A stretch of DNA of 46,703 bases, counting the filler, from Streblomastix strix (Eukaryota): assembly GCA_008636045.1 (NCBI GenBank). It is 2 parts of 2 records of this genome, joined end to end, with 100 filler letters (N's around TTAATTAATTAA, not from the genome) between each part and the next. Parts side by side here need not be neighbours in the genome. Positions count along the whole stretch, not along the records: positions 23,417 to 46,703 come from SNRW01000292.1; 1 more part is not named here. One strand, given 5' to 3'. The notes under the pieces were generated by a model. The model saw only the letters and a list, made by a program, of their open reading frames with translations, was not told the origin of the DNA and ran no database searches. Shown here piece after piece: positions 37,706 through 46,703 of the stretch. Within the stretch, counting starts at the first letter, position 1; every line of letters starts with the position of its first letter. The translations under genes were made by a program, and so were the position numbers.

Positions 37706-38942
37706 GTTGAGATAATTAGAAAAGGGGGTAACCAATTATTATTTTCGTCTTCCATGGAGACAGGGTAATGATTTGTTATCCCCGTATCTCCTTATCTCAC
37801 CTCTGACCCACCAAAAACGTGTATCCCAACTTAGAGTGTAATAGAAATAAGGAGAGAATTCCTAAAAAAGTCGAAAGTTCGAACATGTAGAATGATGCTG
37901 AAAGTGGGCAAGAGCGCATAGAATGTTGTTGATGAGATAAGGACATTACTCTGTCAAAGTTTGATAAGTTTTATACTACGGATTATCGATAAAGAAATAG
38001 TATCAACGCTTGCATCGACGATTATGAAGAAGAAATAGACGAATGAGTGAAATTAAAATATTGTTTCAAGAATAAATAAGTGAATAATGAAAGATCAATG
38101 CATAAAATTAAAAAATTTAATAGTTTAACTATATTTTTATACCTATACCATTACTATCTGAGGTTTTTCTATGAGATTCTATATTTTCTTTTCTTCACGC
38201 TAGCTGTTAAAACATTACTTTTTAAATCATATTGTAGTATTAAAATATGACTCATTTATTATCCCCACGAGAGAAGTTTTTTTCAAACCAATTTTTTACT
38301 CTCAAGTTAATTTTTTCAAAAATTTTTACTAAATTTATATATATATATATATAACTAGGTTTTTATATTAATGTTAATTAATACTTTTCCCAGACGGTTT
38401 TTATTATTTAAATTTTTCAAACTCTAACTATTATATTTTATATTTCCTCTTGTCTTACCATGTTTTGCTGATCACTTCTTACCGGGACTCAGATATGATT
38501 TTTATTATTTTTGTAAAGTTATTGTTTCTTTCTGATCTCTTTAACTAATCAAATAGACCACCCCATAGATCGAATGCCTGTTCATGTGCCGATCATATTG
38601 GAGCCACAATGGTATCTCAACAAAGAGGTGAGGTAAGGAGATATGAGGATATCAAATAAAATTTTTTGAATCCAATTTAAAGTTTGCACCACTTATATTA
38701 TGAGATCTCATTGTTCAAAATTTTAACTTCTGGCAAAAATGTACAATTTTAAATTTTTATTATTTTTCCAAAAAATTCACTATAAGATACTTAAAATAAA
38801 TATTTCATTCCTATTTATTTCCGAATATTTGAATTATTAAATGCAAATAAATACAATTTATTCCTGACTATTCACCAAAAAGGATTTTATTATAAATTTC
38901 ATAATAAATTTTCACATTAAGCAACAAGTCAAAACAATACTA

Positions 38943-39379
38943 CAGTATAATCCGGTTAATTCGCACACCGGTTAATTCGCACCATATACATAATTCGCAC
39001 TATTATGTTATTTGAAGAAATGTCACTGTTTCACTATTAATTTCTTATAGATAATTCGCACAAAAATTTTATAATTCGCACTTAAAACCTAACAAATTTA
39101 GAAAAATAATTTTTATTTCTTAAATTTATTATGAAAAATTTTAATATTTAATGTAAATATTTAAAGTTTATTATTATAAATTATTGTTTATACAATATCA
39201 TACATAAAATTTTCAGAAATACAAAGATTTTTTTAGTTTTAAAAAAAATCGAAAAAATAGTTATTTTTTTGAAATTTAAAAAAATTCTTTGATTTTTTTA
39301 CTTATAAAAGTGCGAATTAACTTAATTCACACTCGTATTTTTTTCACCGATGGCAGTGCGAATTAGCCGGATTTTACTG
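38943..39379 (-). mobile_element. MITE, inverted copy of 2445-2886
   Basis: Colinear reverse-complement match, same TIRs, TA flanks. Confidence 0.9.
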
Positions 39380-39489
39380 TACTACATACTTTTTAATTTT
39401 ATACAAATTATGAAAATTTAAAACCGTTTTATATTTTTTAAACTACTAAATAACAGTAGTTAGTGAAGATAAATAAACACACATTTTAT

Positions 39490-40185
39490 TCTTCATAGTT
39501 TTTTTAACAAATTATAAAAAAACAACTTTTATGAATTTACAAATTTAATATAAAGATAATTTTTTTTTATACTTTCTATTTAATATTATTTATTAACAAT
39601 TTGAAAATCTTATATAGACATTTATAAATAGCGCATATCTATAATTAGATCACGTAAGAAACATCTTTCATAATTTTCAAATGCATAGAAGGCTTCAATT
39701 CCAAATTAATCTTTTTAATCTCTTTCCACTTGCAATTATCTTACAAATTCTTCAATAAGTTAATAAAATCGTCTCCAATTTTTCCCATACATTTAAATGG
39801 TTCTTGTGAAAGTAAATATTTTATCGGTTTCAATTTAATCTCTTATACTACATCGATTGTATCTTTAACTTTACTCCTAAATAGGTTCTTAATTTGTGTC
39901 GATTCCTATTAAATCTTAGGTTTTGCTTAAGGTTTTACATTGTGCTTTATTCGTTCAGAATGAAACTTTTAAAAGTTATCAAGATAAATCTTAGATCTTT
40001 AAGAAATAGTTTTATCTTCAAACTATTCCTCAAAATTATTGATATTTAATTACTTTTTAAATACAAAATTCAAATTTAATTGAAATCCACTAATTTAATT
40101 TTATCAGCCTTGAACGCTTTATCATCTATAAATTTAATAATTTTTTTTACATTGATTTTGTTTATAATTGTTATGATTAATCCAT
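39490..40185 (-). pseudogene. Degenerate Lys-rich hypothetical ORF
   Basis: About 200-codon open stretch under TAR=Gln with a disrupted 5' end and no recognisable motif. Confidence 0.35.
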
Positions 40186-40287
40186 TCAATAAATTAAAAA
40201 AAATTATCTTAAATTATAAAATACTAAATATGACATAGTTATTAATAATATATATTTTATTTAAATTTTAATTTTTTATTAGGACTT

Positions 40288-40483
40288 TTATTGGTGGGGG
40301 TCGTAGAGTAGGTGCTACCACAATGAAACTACCATTTTCAGCGAAAACCGTTTGTGGGTTCGATTCACGCATAAGCCAGTGATGGTAAATATTGAAACCA
40401 GTCCTCAAGACATCACGAGGGTTGAAAATTCCACAGTTGTGATGAGTGTACCTGAGTTGGGGGTAGCGGCAACTACCAATAAT
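40288..40483 (+). ncRNA. Putative structured RNA / tRNA-derived element
   Basis: GC-richer island with TGAAA-CTACCAT-TTTCA stem-loop, GGTTCGATTC B-box/T-loop and complementary ends. No clean acceptor stem. Confidence 0.3.
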
Positions 40484-41199
40484 AAATGTTTTGTAAAAAG
40501 TTTTAACAAAATATTTTTAATATTTATTATGAAAAAATTCTAAAAATCGTATTTACATGCTTTACTTCAAAATTTAATTTTATATCTATGTATTTAATTT
40601 TTATATAACATAGTGTATAAAAATCAAATCTTACAAATAATTCTATAGGTTAGAAAGACATTATTTATTATAAGCATTTATTTTTTTCGTCAAAATCTCT
40701 TAAATTTATTTTTATTTATTTATTAATATCACTAGGAAATAATAAGAATTAATAGTTCAATTACTGGTCTAAATTTATTTTAACCGTTTGTCCCAACTGT
40801 AAACGATTTTGAGTAATCCTCCGAAACCGTACACAAGATTACTGATATACTTTGCCGTTATTTATAATCGTAAATAAATCCAAAAATTTATTCATTCCTT
40901 ATGTTAGTATGGACGATTAGTGTTTTATAATATATTTATTCAGTAGTTTTGAAGAATATTTAAACGATTTCATAGATAAAATATTTTAATAACAATAAAA
41001 TTATTACAATACTACATTCCACTAAAATTAAAATTTGGCATCCAACAGTGTTTTTCCTAGGGGAAAAAGCTCGTTGCAGTTAAGAAAAGTAAGTTGCAAT
41101 TTCCTAAAATGTTGGGGGCAGGTTGAGGGCAGTTGGACACAAAAGTTAGGGTCAGTTTGGGTGCGGTTGTAATCACCACCTGTCGGTGATAATGTATGT

Positions 41200-44100
41200 A
41201 TATCACCATTTGGGCCTCATTCTTCCTCTTTTATTATGAGACATTGCCACTTGGAACGTTGCCCCGGATCCTCTACTAGTTTATGGGGTCGGCCATTTGA
41301 AAAACTCGGAAAGCGATGTCAACAAATGCCAAAGCGAAGGAGGCACTTTTCCTGCCTTCGAATCGACAAGCTACTCATCATATGCAGTTGCTTATTCTGC
41401 CTGCAACCGTTACGCAGTTGGGCGCATATAAAATTATTCTATTTTCGACAGATCACGAGATACTATCACAGAACGCTGAAGCATCAAGGTCGCAACTGGT
41501 TACACCAACAACGAACGCACATCTCGTTGTTAGAGAGACTGTTGAATTCTTCGCGGGGCATAGCGCGGACCAGATCTAACTTTGGACGAACGTGACCACC
41601 AAGGGGCAACTAGAGGATTATACGATTAGATCGCACATAGCAGCAGACATGATACATAGATCAGCTGCTACAATTCTGGAAACAGGTCTACCTGCGAGCG
41701 CCAGTAACATGGACAAAAATTTTAGACGACTTATAGAGCCAACTCATCGTAGCATGGCGATTGATAGTGCTAATGCTCATACACGTCCTAGATTTTTAAC
41801 ATAGAGAAACCTTTGAGGACGCACTTAATTTATCAACATTGCTCTGGCACTTCGGAGAGCGTTTTACTTTTGCTCGCTACACGCTCGTGCGAGGAACAGC
41901 TAAATCGACTCCCAAGTTACATCGAAATACATTAGAATCTTAAATAGCGCAGACAGAGCAGACTAATATCGTCGCAAACTAGGCGTCATTCATGCCGATG
42001 ACGGGCACGGACCTACTGACGATAGGAGAAATTTACAAACGCAGAATAATCTGGCAAACACATTCCAGACTCCTGCCAGACATGTACTAACACCAGCTAT
42101 GATTTTAGCAAGAATGCTAGGTTAAGCAACTAATGCTCTTCTGGTAATCCTAATCGCATCAGACATCATTAGACCAAGATTATTGAACTTTCCAACTCAG
42201 GAGGAAATTAATGCATCGCACTAGATTTATCCATACTAATTGTGGGCTGGATCCTTTGCAATTTAACAATAGGGCCCGTTTAACCCATTTAACATATAAC
42301 AACCGTTTCCACAGGCTCCATAAGCCTAGAACTACTTTGCAGGCCCACCTCAATAATAATACATTTAGGGATAGAATCCTTTTCCATAGATTAACTACTA
42401 AGGATAGTTCACTTCAGCAGCTCCGATATAATTATAATAGCAGTAATAATATTTGCAAGGATCCAGTTGCTACCCTAGCTACCAGAACCACAGTTGGAGT
42501 AACAGTAGGTTTAGATAAGTCAATAAATTGAGCAACAATAACTAATCTAGCCACCTTTACCGGAAGTACATTTGTTACAGTAACCTTAAGTTTACTAGAT
42601 AAAACTACTTATCCTTCCACCTATTTAGATGTAAACTTCAGGATCAGTATAACCTCCTGTATAACCAACCTATCCAACCTAAACGTTTTAATAGGATTGG
42701 ACACTAAATAGGTAAGTCGTATAACCTATAACAGATACTATACAGAGAGAAATGGACATGGAAAGACTTTAAACCCGTAAGAAACAATAGGATGTTAGTT
42801 GTGAACGCTCACAACCAGCTCCAAATATGGGTGGTTCCGCTCTCAAGCAACATTAATGTTTTTTAATATAAATATATTTAAAATAATTTTAGAATTAATT
42901 TTGATAAATATAAAAAACGTATTTATGTACATTTCGAAAAAAGCGCGAAAAAAATAATTCCGATTTATTTTTATGAATCCGGTTGTATTTATCACCAATA
43001 TGTATCCAAACTTATTTATTTATTTTTTAAAATAAATTTATTATAAAATATTACAGTTTACGCGGCTTAGCGGGCAGAAAATTGATTTTTTTATTTTTTT
43101 CAATTTTTGCAGTTGTTTCGATTGGATTTGTTGTTTTTATATTAATTATTTTTATACATTATTTTTTATAGTAATTTAATAATATAAAGACATAATTTAA
43201 TAGTAGTACATTGTAAAAATGCGTTTTTTTATTTTTTTTTGCGAATTGAGAGCATTGCTTAAAGCATAAAATAAAATTAATCATATTATCATTTATAAAA
43301 TAATATTTATTACTCAAAATTACCAAAAATAAAAAGTATGACTCAACATATAATGCAAAAAATGAATAATGTCAAAAATTGCCGATATTTGCTCTAACTG
43401 CCGCTAAAAAATAAAAAAAGTTGCAATTTTTAAATCTAAACCATTTTATAAATTAATATTAGTATTAATAATAAACCTAAGTCACATTCCTGCAGTAAAA
43501 TTGTCAGAATTATATTTTTTACACTTTTTTTAGATATGAATAATTAAGATTTTTTTATTTACGAAAATTATTTCTAAAATTATTTAAAAGATATTTATAT
43601 GAAAAAAGATTAAAGGTTGGTTTTGGGCGGAATCATCCATATCAATACATAAATTAGAGAAAGACCTAAAGGACATTTTTCTCGCTTAGAAGAAAGAATG
43701 GGCAAAGAACTTGTATAATAACATAGAACAGCATCGAACCTAGAAGGATATGACCTAGTTGATTAGAAATCAAAACACTCAGATTTTCCTCTTGTTGGAT
43801 ATGCTGAAGGCAATGTGTAGATCAGGCCATTTATTGAAGCACATAATAGAGGACATAGGTTCTATATCCATGAATATCAAGCATTCTGGAAAGAATACTG
43901 CTACAAGCTCTTCAAAAGGAAACCGTAGCAATCTGACATGAGGAAGTACTCTCCTCGCTCTCCAGTTAGACGCCATGATAAGGACAAGAATGATAGAAAT
44001 AATAGAAGAGATGGTAAAACATCATAAGCAATCTTGGAAGCACAATTTGATAAGGGTATAAATTCGGAACCGAATTGGATCTAACCGATAGAAGACAACT

Positions 44101-46460
44101 TTTGGTATGCCAGTAACAGACAAGAGATCCAAGTTCTATAGAATAATAACACAGCGGAAACAAGGATTTAAGCCCTAAGATTATAGCGATTGACTCAAGG
44201 ATAGAACTCAAGAAGGAATTTCTAACCTTTTGGTATGGGCTTAGAAAGGTAGCCAGCTAATCCAGATAGCAGAACGTAGACTCCACATGTAAATGTTTCT
44301 GAAATGGCTAAAGACAAACAGATTTTTCTACCAAGTGGCCTATAAAATAGAAGTTCTTGGACAGATTCGGAAGAAGAAGATGTAGACTAAATAAACCCCA
44401 TGATACCTAAAGTCTCTTCTTAAAATGTTATTAACAACACAATTTAGATATAAGTGCTAGAAAGGAGGCCCCAAACAGTGACACAATCTACTTAATAACA
44501 CTTTACAGTTTAGATGCCATTTAATTCACATTTTTAGGGCGCTTGGCCAGTTCGTTCTTAAGCCTAACTTGAACAGGAGAGAGCTTAAAAGAAAAGAACT
44601 GTTAGCATCATAGGTCTCCAGTAGATACTTAGAGCTGCAGAATTAGATAACAGAGATCTAAATCAAGACGAAAACCCAATTTCACATTAAAGTTAGCTGA
44701 GAGAGATAAGAGAGAATAGGTAGAAACGATCTGATCAATACTGGAAAGCTGGAGATCCAGATTAATAGGCTTTAGACAAAGCAATATTACTCACAAATAG
44801 GATTTCAGATTACGCAGCTCGAACTGAAGAATAAAACCCAACATATTATCATGATAATACAATTGAGGAATAGATGATCGAAACAGAAAAGGAGGTATCC
44901 GCTTTAGAAGCCCGGAATGAACATAGAATAGGTAATTAGAACAAGGAGAATGAAGCAAGGACATTGGAAAAAGAAAGAATCGAGCAAACAAAAACTTTGA
45001 AAATGGGTTTTATAGACTCCAATCCTACATTATAAGTAAATCGTACAAATCCCCAAAGTCCACGCATCCCTAGTTATATAGAACAAGCAATTGCCCTAGA
45101 GGTTGACGAACGACTACCACTACCAAATTTCGAAAATAACATGCAGGGTGCAATGTTAATAAATACGACAATCTTACATTTGAGAATAAATTTTATCCAG
45201 GATTCCTGCTCGAAGATAAATTTAACTTATCCACCACCAGACTTAACTAATAATAACTAACCTTCATTCTTTGAATAACAAGTGATAAATGATAGAAATA
45301 GGATCCATCAACTCTTATAACCTCCAATGTTACCTGGAAATCCTGTATAATCCAATAGTTCACAAATACAATATCAAATTAGGGAGGTCGACCCTTAAGA
45401 AGAAGAGGACCTAGATAAATAAATCCTCTAAATATAAGAGGAAAGAGATATGATATAGTTGAGATTTGAATAAGAAGTGCATGATACAGTATTTGGAGAT
45501 ATAGACTGTCCTTCAAATCTCAATAACAACGAGATTACCAATGCGTGCACTGCCAGAAACGTATTGGTGGATCAATAAGATATGTGAAAATAAGAGACTT
45601 TCTTTGATATGGACATTCCTCAAGAGATATAGTTACGAATGCAGCCTTTCAGGGTAGGGGAGCGACACTGGAATTGAGAACGGGAGAAGTTCTAGTAGCA
45701 TGGGACCTTTGGAAGAGGGAGGAAGTTAAATGGGCCAGTAATCGCAAGAAAATGGAAGTTATTTCTTGAGGTGATCAGTTTTTCGAAACACGCTTCGCAT
45801 AATTGGGAACGTCAGCAATTCTGATAAGATCGGACAACTTTTCGATAGTATCCAATCTTAAAAGACTGAAGGCAGCACCACAACTAGCATCTGGTCTTAG
45901 GAATCTATATAAAATAATTCATCATTTGGGTCTATAGGTATAGACAGTGCACGTTCCAAGAGTGATTAATTGCATAACAGATTCTCTGAGTAGATTGGAT
46001 AGCTCGAGAGACTACAGTATAAACGCACAACTTGCGTAAATCCTATTTCTTTGGTGGAACCTAGAGCTACCCTAGATCTATTCACAAACCAATAAAATGC
46101 GATTCTACCTCGCTATGTATCAACAGACCTGAGGGACTCAAAAGCGCAATGGATATGTGCATTTAATCATACATGGTAGAACAAAATCCTCAGGATCCAC
46201 CAACCTATCCTAATGATAGCTTAAATGTTAATGACATTTAAACTGTAATAAATTACAGCGATTGTGGTGGTTCCCTGGTGGCCAGGCAAACCTTGGTTCA
46301 CAACATTGCTACAAGAAAATTAAAGATAGATTATCCTTGGACCATCCAACCGAATCCTGACTCTTGGTCCGAATATGATAGCGAAACGTCTCCACCTCCC
46401 ACCAGGCAAGTTAGCAGCCTTCCTCATGGTTACATAGCAGATCGAGGACACAAATTCTTA
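41200..46460 (+). mobile_element. DIRS-like retrotransposon C with internal deletion of RT
   Basis: gag-like frames from 41316, then directly RNase H (VTNAAFQGRGA, IRSDN, HVPRVINCITDSLSR) and MT-like (LDLFT, VVVPWWPGKPWF) at ~45630-46450. Confidence 0.8.
42829..43638. mobile_element. 810-bp non-autonomous DNA transposon inserted in DIRS-C, 4-bp ATAT TSD
   Basis: Imperfect TIR GGGTGGTTCCGCTC / GGGCGGAATCATCC with ATAT on both sides. Removal restores ...QPAPNINTQIRERPKG... in frame. Confidence 0.75.
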
Positions 46461-46703
46461 AAACATCTTAGATAGAGAATTTTTTGGACTTTATCCAGTC
46501 ATCTTAGGTTGCCATAACGTAGTAATATTTTTAAACTGCTTGAAACTTTTGTCCTCCTATTAGTAGTACTTATGCTTATCTTGATAATCCTACAGCATCT
46601 AAGAACTTTATTAAGAATTTGTGTCCTCGATCTGCTATGTAACCATGAGGAAGGCTGCTAACTTGCCTGGTTGGAGGCGGAGACATTTCGCTATCATATT
46701 CGG
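46461..46703 (-). mobile_element. Fragment of a near-identical DIRS-C relative in opposite orientation (MT end / YR start)
   Basis: 46611-46703 is the reverse complement of 46369-46460 with 3 substitutions and continues KFLDAVGLSRQAQVLLIGGQKF... Confidence 0.75.

Larger units (their letters stand above)
31445..38652 (+). mobile_element. Full-length decayed DIRS1-type retrotransposon B
   Basis: Inverted terminal repeats (~31490-31575 vs ~38560-38650), internal complementary region ~37690-37805, gene order gag-like, RT, RNase H, MT, YR. Confidence 0.92.

Noticed and set aside
2445..39379. Inverted MITE pair as TIRs of one giant element
   Set aside because: Each copy has its own TIRs and TA flanks, and they lie on opposite sides of the artificial join
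40296..40378. Bona fide tRNA-Gly(ACC)
   Set aside because: Acceptor and D stems do not pair convincingly, and a long variable arm is atypical for Gly. Kept only as tRNA-like
2165..46475. Most ORFs in the supplied six-frame track
   Set aside because: Computed with TAA/TAG as stops. Most are antisense or off-frame shadows of TAR=Gln genes or lie in MITEs. Only a few (e.g. 14202-14384, 21522-21728, 26526-26723, 30534-30866, 41316-41804) are fragments of real frames

Overview
AT-rich eukaryotic DNA that reads with the non-standard code TAA/TAG=Gln, TGA=stop, so the supplied ORF track misses nearly all real genes. The code and gene content suggest an oxymonad such as Streblomastix (inference). 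An artificial 100-bp linker (23317-23416) joins two possibly unrelated contigs. The left contig carries a ~18-kb decaying endogenous Polinton/Maverick-type virus (2027-~19990). It has an AGTAGT left terminus split by two MITEs and encodes an rve integrase, two fibre-like genes, an A32 packaging ATPase, an adenovirus pVI-like amphipathic peptide, a putative major capsid protein, two HNH genes and a protein-primed PolB. A D5-like helicase element follows it. The virus contains eight tiny TA-flanked, frame-preserving double-hairpin inserts (27/57/60 nt) with covarying stems, which is the most novel-looking signal here. The right contig holds a surface-protein gene fragment, an intron-rich STE20-like pseudokinase, three or four decayed DIRS (tyrosine-recombinase) retrotransposons and several MITEs. 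All translations were done by hand, so boundaries of frameshifted pseudogenes are approximate.
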